Source of the DNA: a virus
Lineage: Duplodnaviria > Caudoviricetes
DNA: 64,000 bases
IMG/VR virus record: IMGVR_UViG_3300031993_000067
Location: 3,622-67,621 of that record
Direction: 5' to 3' (one strand)
The position numbers were made by a program, and so were the translations under genes. The notes beneath the pieces were generated by a model that did no database searches, was not told the origin of the DNA, and was given only the letters and a program-made list of their open reading frames with translations. Positions 39,181 through 48,086 of this stretch are shown piece by piece (position 1 is the stretch's first letter; each line of letters begins with the position of its first letter).

Positions 39181-39690
39181 ATGACAACGGAAAATAACAC
39201 TATTACTGCGGTCATTTCCAGCGGAATTGGCAGCACCGCCGTCATATTCTTTCGTGACGCCGTAACTGCTATGATACCCTGGCTCATTCTCTCCGTGCCG
39301 TTGATCGTCCTTGACCTCGATTACGGCATCAAGGCCGCGCGACATCGCGGCGACAAAATCCGATTCAGTAAGGCTTTTAGGAAGACCTTCGGCAAGGCTG
39401 TGGAGTATGTCGCGTGGTGCTGCTTCGCCGCAACCGCCGCCCGCGCATTCGAGGCCAAATGGCTCGAATGGCTGGTGATGGGTGCGGTGAACATCAACGA
39501 GATGGCCAGTATCATCGGCAACTACGCGGAAACGAAGGATGTGACTATCTCCTGGTCTTACATCTGGAACAAGTTGCTCCGTATCGTCGGCGCCAAAGCC
39601 GGAATCGACACGGGCGACATTGATGTAGGCGAGGTGGTTAAACCCAAGCCGAACCGTGATCCAAGCGCAGGTAAATTCACAAAGAAGTAG
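39181..39690 (+). CDS. Holin-like protein
   Basis: TM segments; DLDYGIKAA...RKTFGKAVEY...EMASIIGN pattern; upstream of the endolysin. Confidence 0.75.
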   Translation: MTTENNTITAVISSGIGSTAVIFFRDAVTAMIPWLILSVPLIVLDLDYGIKAARHRGDKIRFSKAFRKTFGKAVEYVAWCCFAATAARAFEAKWLEWLVMGAVNINEMASIIGNYAETKDVTISWSYIWNKLLRIVGAKAGIDTGDIDVGEVVKPKPNRDPSAGKFTKK

Positions 39691-39693
39691 GGT

Positions 39694-39855
39694 ATGAAGC
39701 AGTATGTGATGACCTATGCCGAGATCGGATATAAGGGCGCTCTCATCCAGCATCGTGAGGTATTCCATACGAGGCTGGGCGCCCGTATCAACTTGTTCTT
39801 CTCCAAGATGAACAAGAGGAGAATCTGGAACAAAATCAAAGAAGAAGAAAGGTAA
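39694..39855 (+). CDS. Small basic protein (53 aa)
   Basis: Manual translation MKQYVMTYAEIGYKG...KEEER; TAATG overlap with the next gene. Confidence 0.5.
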   Translation: MKQYVMTYAEIGYKGALIQHREVFHTRLGARINLFFSKMNKRRIWNKIKEEER

Positions 39856-40334
39856 TGGTACGATTGACTAACCAAAGGAATCCCGCCGCAAGCACCGATA
39901 AGTCCACTATCGGTCGGCTCTATGTCGAGGAGGGCGGCTTCCTCTGCCACATCCTCGAACCGCCGGATCGTGGTCTCGACAAGTCGATGCCCATAGACGA
40001 AATCCGCAAGAAGAAGGTCTATGGCGCGACCGCTATACCCAAGGGTGAATACGAGATCAGGTTGCTCGTGTCCCCCTCGATGAAGGACAAATCCTACGCG
40101 AAGAAATACGGAGGGCGATTCCCGTACATCATGGATGTTCCCGGTTTCGACAGCGTTCTTTTCCACCCCGGAAACACGCCGAAAGACACGAAGGCGTGTC
40201 AAATCACCGGCGACTTTAGCCCCAGCAAACCGGACTATGTGGCGAACTCCGTCAGGGCCTACCAGGACTTGATGGATTTCTACCTCTGGCCCGCCTTCCT
40301 CCGTGGTGACAGGATAACCTACAAGGTCGAGTAG
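39855..40334 (+). CDS. DUF5675-family putative endolysin
   Basis: STIGRLY...CHILEP.DRGL...TAIPKGEY...VPGFDSVLFHPGNTPKDT.ACQ. Confidence 0.8.
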   Translation: MVRLTNQRNPAASTDKSTIGRLYVEEGGFLCHILEPPDRGLDKSMPIDEIRKKKVYGATAIPKGEYEIRLLVSPSMKDKSYAKKYGGRFPYIMDVPGFDSVLFHPGNTPKDTKACQITGDFSPSKPDYVANSVRAYQDLMDFYLWPAFLRGDRITYKVE

Positions 40335-40335
40335 T

Positions 40336-40917
40336 ATGAAGACGAAGACAATCCTTATCGGCCTCGCCGTATTCCTTGTGTGGTGCGCGATAGAAGCCAT
40401 CTATTGCGAAAACAAGGGCTACAAGAGAGGATTCGCAGACGGAACGGGGAACACCCAACACGACACCACCATAGTTGTAGATACCGTCCGGGAATACTAC
40501 CCAGTCGAGGAGTACAAGTATGTGGACCGGCTTGTCTATGTCCCAGTGACGGACACCATACATCAGCACGACACCACCTACCTGGTCATGCAGATGGAGG
40601 TAAAGGGTTACAAGGACGAGGACTTCGCTTTGGAGATAGAGGGCATACAACCCTCCCTGCGGTGGATAGAGGTGTACCCCAAGACAACCTACATCACCAA
40701 CACGGTTACGAAAGAAGTACCCTATAAGTACACTTTCTCCGCTTTCGCGGAAGCATCCGCCACGCTCAACTATTACAATGCACGAGCCGGGTTGATGTAC
40801 GACCGCCAGATTAGCGGACGCTGGAGAGGATATGCCGCTGCCGGGTACGAATACGGATCACTCGGCAAAGGCCCCTTCGCCCAGGTTGGTACGAAATTCA
40901 ACATACTACAAAAATAA
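40336..40917 (+). CDS. Spanin-like / lysis accessory protein
   Basis: N-terminal TM anchor, DTTIVVDTV repeats, C-terminal beta strands; last gene of the lysis cassette. Confidence 0.55.
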   Translation: MKTKTILIGLAVFLVWCAIEAIYCENKGYKRGFADGTGNTQHDTTIVVDTVREYYPVEEYKYVDRLVYVPVTDTIHQHDTTYLVMQMEVKGYKDEDFALEIEGIQPSLRWIEVYPKTTYITNTVTKEVPYKYTFSAFAEASATLNYYNARAGLMYDRQISGRWRGYAAAGYEYGSLGKGPFAQVGTKFNILQK

Positions 40918-40980
40918 GGGGTGCGCGTAGTGCCGGAGGCTTGTCGGATTGGCTTGCCGGTACTCCCACCCCTTTCTTTA
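40918..40980 (+). terminator. Terminator of the late operon
   Basis: GGGGTG...CACCCC stem followed by TTTCTTTA. Confidence 0.6.
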
Positions 40981-41009
40981 TTAGGAATTAAATTCGTACA
41001 TTTGCAATA

Positions 41010-41144
41010 CCTCTACCGATGGTAGGTGGCATACAGAGCCTTCGGACGCTTGGGCAGTTAACAAGCGTCCATTAGTACATCCACAAGTGTGGAATGTAAT
41101 CGGGACGCGGCGCGACAAAGATTCGTGACCGCGCCCTGTCTTTT
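41010..41144 (+). ncRNA. Putative ~135-nt four-hairpin non-coding RNA convergent with the integrase
   Basis: TACATTTG promoter at 40997-41004; four consecutive stems ending in TTTT; no ORF. Confidence 0.45.
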
Positions 41145-42324
41145 ATTTGAAGAACGGAATGGACGCGAGCATCCGCGCGTTCTCCTCCTTGCTGATCCGG
41201 AGATACTTCTGGAAGTTCTGGATGGTACGGTGGCCGGTGATCTTCATTAACTGATAGTCCGGAACTCCGGCGAGGTGGAGGATGGTGGCACCCGTCCTCC
41301 TCGCGGTGTGGGCGCTCACTTTCTCCCATTTCGCCATCTTCCTGACCGTGACCTTGCCGCCCTTGGTCTGCCTGGTGTCGTAGGTCTCAAGAAACGAGTC
41401 GCCCAGCGTCTTGCATATAGCTTTCATCCTACGGCCAAGTTCCTGCTCGGTCATCCTGGGCGCCGCCCCTCCGTTCCTTTCAAGCACCTGGCGGACGCGA
41501 GGGGAGAGCGGAACGATGACGGAATCGCCGGTCTTCGGCTGCACGAACTGGATCATACCATTAACGATGTTGGAATCCGAGAGTCGAGAGTAGTTCTGGA
41601 AACGCGAGGCGGTATAGACTCCGAGGATGAAGAGGTCGCGGGCCATAGCGTCCCGGCCTTGCAGGTCGGCAGACCAGAGGGCGTCCACCTCCGCTTGCGC
41701 GAGGGCGATAGAGTCCGCCGTTTCCCACCGATACGAGAACTTCCTATACTCCTGGGATTCGTGGTAGCCGAGTTTGTACCCCTCGATCAGCACGGACTTC
41801 ACCTTGGCCGCGAGGGTGGCGCAGTAGTTGGCCGAGAGGTTGATGGCGTTGCAACGCTGCGAGAACCGCACATACCAGGCGCCGTTTACATCCTCCCAGT
41901 CTTCCCTGGTCCCCATAATCTCGGACACGCGCCGGTAGGCGAGACTCCGGTCTTTCGCAGACCTCGTGTCACGAGCTGCCCATTCCCTGAAATAGTCCCA
42001 AAACTTTGGGCGGGACATACCCGCACCCTCTTTCTTCTTCTGCTCCTCGCCGGTCAGCGCATAGGCTATGGCATCCTCTATCTGATCCGGAGTGGAAAAC
42101 TGTGTCAATTTCTCGTTAAGGCGCACCTCGATCGCCCTCAGCCGGACATTTATCTCCTCGTCCTTGCATCGCTGCTTCTTGAAATCGCAGGGGCGCACCT
42201 TGATGCCCACCATCTTCCTGTATTGCTTGCCGCCGTGGTTTATGACAAGGCGCAGCGGCGTGGGTTTCTGCCGGGCGGGGCTGATGTCCTCCTGGCGGTC
42301 GAACGGATAAAACGCGAAAGTCAT
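41143..42324 (-). CDS. int: Phage integrase (tyrosine recombinase with arm-binding N-domain)
   Basis: N-terminal LRLVINHGGKQYRK; catalytic TASRF, HTARRT, TGH...QKY. Confidence 0.92.
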   Translation of the reverse strand: MTFAFYPFDRQEDISPARQKPTPLRLVINHGGKQYRKMVGIKVRPCDFKKQRCKDEEINVRLRAIEVRLNEKLTQFSTPDQIEDAIAYALTGEEQKKKEGAGMSRPKFWDYFREWAARDTRSAKDRSLAYRRVSEIMGTREDWEDVNGAWYVRFSQRCNAINLSANYCATLAAKVKSVLIEGYKLGYHESQEYRKFSYRWETADSIALAQAEVDALWSADLQGRDAMARDLFILGVYTASRFQNYSRLSDSNIVNGMIQFVQPKTGDSVIVPLSPRVRQVLERNGGAAPRMTEQELGRRMKAICKTLGDSFLETYDTRQTKGGKVTVRKMAKWEKVSAHTARRTGATILHLAGVPDYQLMKITGHRTIQNFQKYLRISKEENARMLASIPFFK

Positions 42325-42363
42325 TTCTTTGTCGGATTTCTTTGCTCGACAAAGGTATGAAAA

Positions 42364-42568
42364 TTGGCTGGATTATTGGCTGAAATCCGCTAACTTTTTG
42401 TGAATCGCTTATCACTATGATTCGCAAACATTCACACTAACTGCCTGATAGTGCGCCAGGAGAGCGCCGTGGAAAGGAAGAGTTCAAGTCTGTTAAGTGG
42501 CTCGAAGAATCCCGCCTTGAGTGCATCAAAGCGGGATTTCCTTTTTCGTTGGCTGGATTGTTGGCTGA
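42364..42568. other. attP-like site: tRNA 3'-end core flanked by arm-type direct repeats
   Basis: Core AGTTCAAGTCTGTTAAGTGGCTC at 42481-42503 resembles a T-loop plus acceptor 3' half; TTGGCTGGATT(A/G)TTGGCTGA at 42364 and 42549. Confidence 0.65.
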
Positions 42569-42600
42569 GAGAGCGAGGAGGGTATCACCCCTCCCCGTCC

Positions 42601-42996
42601 TTATCTTTTCTTGAACTCGCAGACCACCGCCTCGCCGTTCTTACCATTGATGCGCCCCTCGACCTTGAACGAGGTGCGGCTGGTAATCGTGCCTGGGCTG
42701 GATGAACTGAACGAGTACACGAGCGTCTGGCCGAAATGCTCGGCACGGCGGCACTCTATCTCCACCACCCCGGCGAAGGTGATCTTGTCGCCGTCGATGG
42801 CATAGTAGCCCATATTACCGGCCTGGCCGTTGAAGTAGAGTTTGTGGGTGTTCTCGCCCAGGAACTCGGTGTAGAGGTCGCCGTCAGGCGTGGAAGCGGA
42901 GTAAAGACCAAGTTCTATTCCCTTGGGGTTCTCGATCTTGTGGCAGGCGGCACAAGCAACAAGCGCCGCCGCGAGGATAAGCATTAACTTCTTCAT
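42601..42996 (-). CDS. Lipoprotein (superinfection-exclusion candidate)
   Basis: MKKLMLILAAALVACAAC signal peptide II / lipobox. Confidence 0.7.
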   Translation of the reverse strand: MKKLMLILAAALVACAACHKIENPKGIELGLYSASTPDGDLYTEFLGENTHKLYFNGQAGNMGYYAIDGDKITFAGVVEIECRRAEHFGQTLVYSFSSSSPGTITSRTSFKVEGRINGKNGEAVVCEFKKR

Positions 42997-43020
42997 GGCA
43001 TTGAGATTAAGCGTTCAAAT

Positions 43021-43857
43021 TTAAGAATTTAATCCGAAAAATGTTCTCGCCTGGTCGTTGAGGTCAACGGATGTGGGGACGCAGTAACGCTGCGTCATCT
43101 GGACAGAGCTATGCCCGGCGAGGCGGCTGATGGAGAGGAGGTCCGTGCCGGTCTTGGCGAGGTTCGTGCAGAAGCTCACCCTGGCCGTGTGGCTCGTGAT
43201 GAACTCCCACTTCTCCCCCCGCTCTTCCTTTCCGTTCTTGAAGACCACCACGGCGGTGCGGATACCCGCCCGCCTTGCCAGGCGCCGGATAGCATCGTTG
43301 TAGGTGGCGAGGTAGAGTTCGCGCCCATTCTCCTTCAACCACTCGATCCGCTCCGCGATGCCGGGACGCAGGGGGATGGTGGTAGTGGTCTTGGTCTTCT
43401 GGCTCACATAGGTGAGCATACCCCCATCCGTCTTTTCCGGGCAGACGGTGTTGGTGTCGGAGATACGCATGCCGGTCCAGGCGGACACGAGGAACTGGTT
43501 CAGGACTATCTCCTCGATCTCGTTCTTGGGGGTCACGCGCTCCAGCGCCTCAAGTTCGTCCGTGGTAAGGTAGGTTTTAAGCGGTTTTTCGCCCCTGGCG
43601 GTGATGATGGACTCCCAATCCTTCGGGAGTTCTATATCGTCCGAGAATCGCTTTAAAATGGCCTTAAAAGCGGCGCATACGGTCTTGGCCGTGTTGGGGG
43701 CCACCGTCCGGGCTAAATGGTCACGAAACTCGTAGAAATTGCTCTTCGTGAGGCCGTCCCAGGTGAAGATGCCAACGGCGCGGAGGTGCTTGATGATAGA
43801 AGCGGCCTGGCCGGGGTTGGCGGCGGCGTGTTCAATAGACTCAAATAACTCTTTCAT
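43021..43857 (-). CDS. Second tyrosine recombinase (no arm-binding domain)
   Basis: WTGMRISD, HTARVSFCT, LAGHSSVQMTQRY catalytic motifs. Confidence 0.9.
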   Translation of the reverse strand: MKELFESIEHAAANPGQAASIIKHLRAVGIFTWDGLTKSNFYEFRDHLARTVAPNTAKTVCAAFKAILKRFSDDIELPKDWESIITARGEKPLKTYLTTDELEALERVTPKNEIEEIVLNQFLVSAWTGMRISDTNTVCPEKTDGGMLTYVSQKTKTTTTIPLRPGIAERIEWLKENGRELYLATYNDAIRRLARRAGIRTAVVVFKNGKEERGEKWEFITSHTARVSFCTNLAKTGTDLLSISRLAGHSSVQMTQRYCVPTSVDLNDQARTFFGLNS

Positions 43858-43957
43858 AAGGCAAAGATTCAGATGTTTGGAAGACCGGGGAGGTATCACC
43901 CCCTCCCGGCCTTTTACCCCATAAAAACACAGTTAACACGACGCGCCAAGCGGCTGA

Positions 43958-44167
43958 TTATCTTGACGCGACAGGTTCTACATAGCCCGACATATTGATG
44001 CGGCCAATATCATATTTCTCGATGAAACTATGATTTCTCCGGTATTCGTAGGCGGAAGAAAAAGAGTCGAACTTTTCCGCCTGGTCGAGTTCTTTCGTCG
44101 TGGTAGGCCAGCAACCCACCCTTGACGCGAGGTAACTCCCGAAGCGCATAAGCACATAACTTGCCAT
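43958..44167 (-). CDS. Small hypothetical protein (array)
   Basis: 69-aa ORF. Confidence 0.6.
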   Translation of the reverse strand: MASYVLMRFGSYLASRVGCWPTTTKELDQAEKFDSFSSAYEYRRNHSFIEKYDIGRINMSGYVEPVASR

Positions 44168-44178
44168 AGCGCCAGGGA

Positions 44179-44445
44179 TTAGGACGCGACATTATACGAG
44201 ACCCACTGGCAGAATTTGGGGAGCGTGAAAGCCCTATACGATGCGTTTGTCATCGCGCCAAAGTCCTTGCCGCTTGCTACGAAGTCGGGGAGGTTCCCGA
44301 TATACACAACGAATACATGCGTCACCACGCCCATCCCGTCAGGGAAATCGACATGGACGGCCAGGTAGGTGTCGCCCTCCTCGTCCTTGAGGACATCGGC
44401 GACGTAATCGCCGAACTCCTGATTCTGAGATACAAATGTGAACAT
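44179..44445 (-). CDS. Small hypothetical protein (array)
   Basis: 88 aa, preceded by hairpin plus leader. Confidence 0.7.
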   Translation of the reverse strand: MFTFVSQNQEFGDYVADVLKDEEGDTYLAVHVDFPDGMGVVTHVFVVYIGNLPDFVASGKDFGAMTNASYRAFTLPKFCQWVSYNVAS

Positions 44446-44508
44446 AGCGCAAAAAATTAGAGGTTATTGGCGAGCCTGCGCGGTATCACCCGCGCAAGCC
44501 CGAAGAGG

Positions 44509-44763
44509 TTACAGGCCCAGTTCTTTGACCAAAGCGTCGAAGTCCAGGTTGTCCAGCGAGACGCCCCCCTCGTTGTAGTTCTCGTAGGAGAGCATGCCTG
44601 GACGGACCGGATCGTCGTCAGTGTTGACGACCACCTCCCGGTGTTCCTTCTCGACATGCACCCAGACCTTGGGGTTGCGCCCGGTTGCGGTTGCGACGGC
44701 AACGATGACGGTGCCGCGAATTTCGGAATCGGTCTTGCCGACCGTGTTTTCAATGATGATCAT
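44509..44763 (-). CDS. Small acidic protein (array)
   Basis: MIIIENTVG..., acidic C-terminus. Confidence 0.7.
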   Translation of the reverse strand: MIIIENTVGKTDSEIRGTVIVAVATATGRNPKVWVHVEKEHREVVVNTDDDPVRPGMLSYENYNEGGVSLDNLDFDALVKELGL

Positions 44764-44781
44764 AAGCAAAAGTATTTAGGA

Positions 44782-45090
44782 TTAAACGGTTGCTGCGTAA
44801 ACGCTCCTGGGGTACATCTTGGCTCTTGCGGCCTGGAACTCCGGGGAGTTGTTGATGGCTTCACTGGACATGCGCCAGTGGTTCTCCGGGAAGGCGATCT
44901 TTGCGGCCACGCCAGGCATGTAGTCTGAGCCATCGGGGATGGCCACCCCCTCCGCCTTCCCTATGTTGATAAGATACTGCGAATAGATGCGGAAGACACG
45001 CTGCCAGGTCTTGCGGTCGTGCTTGGAGCGGTCCCAGTTATCGCAGATTCTCCGGTACTGCTGGAAGATTGTAAGTAATGATTTAGCCAT
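44782..45090 (-). CDS. Hypothetical protein (array)
   Basis: MAKSLLTIFQQY..., 102 aa. Confidence 0.6.
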   Translation of the reverse strand: MAKSLLTIFQQYRRICDNWDRSKHDRKTWQRVFRIYSQYLINIGKAEGVAIPDGSDYMPGVAAKIAFPENHWRMSSEAINNSPEFQAARAKMYPRSVYAATV

Positions 45091-45103
45091 AACACTAAGG
45101 TCT

Positions 45104-45409
45104 TTAGATTTCCACCTGTCGTGTCTCTTTCGAGTCCGCGATCCGGCGGCGGATTTCCTTGTAGCAGGTAGGACCGACAGGGAAGAACCCTTGACCTCTC
45201 CCTCCGTCGTCAAGTACATCCTTTACATCCCCCTGTTCGTCAGTCCAGAAGCCGCACTCCAATAGTTGGACCAGCTTCGTCGTTTTGGGGTTCAGCCTCC
45301 TGCCGCAGATTTCACAATGCTCGAAGTTGTTCCCTGCGTAGGTCCGATCATAGTTGAGATCATGGCGGTCGTCCTGCCAGTAGGGTGTTACTTTAATGGT
45401 CTTCTTCAT
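45104..45409 (-). CDS. Zn-finger-like small protein (array)
   Basis: HCEICGRRL...FPVGPTC. Confidence 0.7.
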   Translation of the reverse strand: MKKTIKVTPYWQDDRHDLNYDRTYAGNNFEHCEICGRRLNPKTTKLVQLLECGFWTDEQGDVKDVLDDGGRGQGFFPVGPTCYKEIRRRIADSKETRQVEI

Positions 45410-45476
45410 ATCCATGTGATTTTATGGTTATCTGGAGAGACGGGAGGGGTATCACCCCCTCCCCCCCCTCTTTTTG

Positions 45477-46478
45477 TTACGCATTGGCCCAGTAGGACCA
45501 GGTGTGAATCTTGGAAACGCCGTAGCGTTTCAGGTAGGCATGCAGGCGCTTCTCGAAGCCGTCCCGGACGAAGCGGAGAGCAGCGGCCACGGCCTTGCGC
45601 TCCTCGTCTGTGAGCTGGCGCCAGCCCTCGCGCACAGCGTCCCAATAGTCTACGCTGTACTGCTTGGTCCGTATCCAGGCCGTGTTAGAGTCGTACTTGT
45701 CGGCGGCGACAAGGACCGGATCGTCGCCTTCCTCCAGGAACTTCAATTTGACATCGAAGTCGGAGAGGTTCGCGTTGAGGAAGTAGGCGCGAAGTTTCTC
45801 CTCGTCGGCGAGGAGGGAATTATACAGGTCGTAGTCGGGGCCTTCGTCCTCGAAACAGAACTTGTTCTCGATCGACGGCTTGCTGATCAGATAGAAGCCC
45901 TCCGGTAGTTTGACGCAGGCAGCGGTTTTGCGCTCCTTGTATTCCCGCCCTCTCGTGCATGTGTCGAGATATTCGCGGCGGGCGACGAGGTATGGGGCCT
46001 CAGCCTCCTCTTTCTTCGCCGTGGCGGTTTTAGCGCCTCCAAGAAGGGCGCGGACGGCCTCCTCCTGGCGCTTGGAGAAAATCCAGCCAGGACCGCAAGA
46101 CAGGCGAGGATTGAAGCGCCCGCCCAGCGCCTTGAGACTGTCAGAAATGGACCTCGTATCACCCGTAACGGCGATAGCTTTCTCGGAATAGTCAACGACC
46201 TCGAAAGAGGACGCCGGAGCCTCCTCCTGGGCCTCCTCCTTCATGGCGGCCTTGACATCGTTGAAGTCGGCCTCGGACAGCCACTCCATGCAGGAGAGAC
46301 CGTCGGGGAAGCCCTCGGTGTCCTGGATCATAAACTCAGGGTCACGCTCGTCCTTGTGCGCGTCCTTGCACTTAGCCAGGAAATCGGAATAGCTTGCGCA
46401 GTCGGAGAGGTCGATCCACGCACCGGCGATGCTGCCGGAGTTGTACTTCCCATAAGTACTAACATAAACTTGTGCCAT
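45477..46478 (-). CDS. ardA: ArdA antirestriction domain fused to two further domains
   Basis: VYVSTYGKYNSGSIAGAWIDL...DPEFMIQDTEGFP is the ArdA N-domain; then VDYSEKAIAV...GGRFNPRL..GWIF; then KPSI...FEKRL..YLKRYG. Confidence 0.8.
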   Translation of the reverse strand: MAQVYVSTYGKYNSGSIAGAWIDLSDCASYSDFLAKCKDAHKDERDPEFMIQDTEGFPDGLSCMEWLSEADFNDVKAAMKEEAQEEAPASSFEVVDYSEKAIAVTGDTRSISDSLKALGGRFNPRLSCGPGWIFSKRQEEAVRALLGGAKTATAKKEEAEAPYLVARREYLDTCTRGREYKERKTAACVKLPEGFYLISKPSIENKFCFEDEGPDYDLYNSLLADEEKLRAYFLNANLSDFDVKLKFLEEGDDPVLVAADKYDSNTAWIRTKQYSVDYWDAVREGWRQLTDEERKAVAAALRFVRDGFEKRLHAYLKRYGVSKIHTWSYWANA

Positions 46479-46536
46479 AGCACGGAAGCCCTGTTTATAT
46501 CCCGCCGGACTTGCGGTGCAAAATTTAGAAGGCGAT

Positions 46537-46570
46537 ACAAATATAAGCAGAATATTTTAAACTGCAAAAT
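46537..46570 (-). promoter_or_regulatory. Early promoter copy 2 (drives the ardA sub-array)
   Basis: TTTTGCAG...TATATTTG on the minus strand; near-identical to 51419-51452. Confidence 0.75.
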
Positions 46571-46592
46571 AAATTTGAAGTATTTCGCGGTT

Positions 46593-46913
46593 CTATTCCT
46601 TGGTGGTGCGCTCCAGGCTCTCCACTGCTTTTCTTACAGCATCCTCTAAGGTTGTGCCATAGAAATCATGCTTGGTCCAGTGCGGCCAATCTCCGATCTT
46701 TACACCCCACTTAGGTTCTCTAAACTCCTCGTGGTACACAACCTTATGAGTGCCGTTTTTAAACACTTTCTCCTTGATGGTGTCCCCGTCGTTGATCGTT
46801 TCTCCATCGCGGTATATGTGGAAGCCAACAATATGCGTAGGGAAACACCTCACAGTTAAATTGTGCTTCTGGATCAGGGAGAAAATCTCCTCAAAGGTCA
46901 TTGAGTTTGTCAT
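46593..46913 (-). CDS. Hypothetical protein (array)
   Basis: 106 aa; TACCTTTG elements upstream. Confidence 0.65.
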   Translation of the reverse strand: MTNSMTFEEIFSLIQKHNLTVRCFPTHIVGFHIYRDGETINDGDTIKEKVFKNGTHKVVYHEEFREPKWGVKIGDWPHWTKHDFYGTTLEDAVRKAVESLERTTKE

Positions 46914-47021
46914 GGCTTTTTGTTTTTGTTAAGGCAAAGGTAGGGCAAAGGTGTGCAATGTATTTGCACAATAAAAACGAATTGGAGGACCAGGCCCCGG
47001 TCAGGGGGCCAGGCCCTTGCA

Positions 47022-47630
47022 TTATGCCGCGACAGCAGCGAGCAGGCGCCCGCGCTGCGTGGTGACTTTGTGATATACGCATGTCCCGTCGCTAAACAGC
47101 CCGCCCCGCTCGAAGATGTTGTCACCCACAAGATCGGCGCAAACACCTTCCAGATACGAGATGACTCCCTCCAGGGCTTCGTTTATCTTCTTGTGGATGT
47201 TGGCCTCCTGCATTTTCTTGATCCCGGCGTTCCAGTCGGTCCCGCGCTCGCAATAATCCCAGTCCTCGAAGATGTCACGAGCGATGGCCTCCAGGTCGTC
47301 GTAGTCGTTCATGCTGAAACGGTCATTCCAGCCAACGGCCTCGAAATCCCAGTCCAGCGTGGCGTCCTGGTAGTAGCCTGGCCGCACGATGATCTTTCCG
47401 TACAGGTTGAAACAGTAATTCCGAGAGAGTTGGACATCGCCCCACTTAAATTCAAGGATGACCGTCCCCTCGTCCCTGTGGTATCTTGCGCCATGCTCCG
47501 GTTCGTTCATGATCCGGAATCGCTCCCCGTCGGGCCGATTCTTGGCAGCAGCCTGGATGTCGCGGATGGTTTTGTTTTCAACGACATAATAGTATTGTGC
47601 GTTGATCTTGGAGAAATTTGTAGTACCCAT
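47022..47630 (-). CDS. Hypothetical protein (array)
   Basis: 202 aa, MGTTNF...PGYYQDATLDW; hairpin plus leader. Confidence 0.75.
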   Translation of the reverse strand: MGTTNFSKINAQYYYVVENKTIRDIQAAAKNRPDGERFRIMNEPEHGARYHRDEGTVILEFKWGDVQLSRNYCFNLYGKIIVRPGYYQDATLDWDFEAVGWNDRFSMNDYDDLEAIARDIFEDWDYCERGTDWNAGIKKMQEANIHKKINEALEGVISYLEGVCADLVGDNIFERGGLFSDGTCVYHKVTTQRGRLLAAVAA

Positions 47631-47689
47631 AATGCCAAAATTTAGAAGTTATTTGCAAAGGGGATGGCGGCCAGGCCGTCCCCTCCGTG

Positions 47690-48046
47690 TTATGCTTTCT
47701 TTGGATTTTGCATTGAAAGGGCCCTTTGTTCGCAAAAACTGGTCCCACTGCACCAGTTATAGCGATCTTTCAGGGTCTCGATGTCATCCACCAGTTCCTT
47801 GTATTGTTTAGGAGTCAAGTCGTGAAGGTGGAACGGGTCCCACTTCTTATAAAAGCGCATCGCGGCGCGGTGGGTTTTCAGGACGTCATCCTGGCACTGG
47901 CCGCACCTGTTGAAATCCGTCTTCGGACGATTAAAGACAGCCGCAGACGTGGAGAAATACGGAGAGGCATTGCTACCAATAGTCTTGTAGCTAACTTCAA
48001 AAATTTCCGTCCTTGATAGCTGGAACGTAAGATTTAATTCGTTCAT
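47690..48046 (-). CDS. Hypothetical protein (array)
   Basis: 118 aa, CGQCQD; best-matching leader. Confidence 0.75.
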   Translation of the reverse strand: MNELNLTFQLSRTEIFEVSYKTIGSNASPYFSTSAAVFNRPKTDFNRCGQCQDDVLKTHRAAMRFYKKWDPFHLHDLTPKQYKELVDDIETLKDRYNWCSGTSFCEQRALSMQNPKKA

Positions 48047-48086
48047 ATCACAAAATTTAGAGGTTAATTTGAGAGGGTGGGGCCGA

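Noticed and set aside
42450-42510. Complete tRNA gene
   Set aside because: Only the T-loop and 3' acceptor strand are present; the 5' T-stem, D-arm and anticodon arm are missing.
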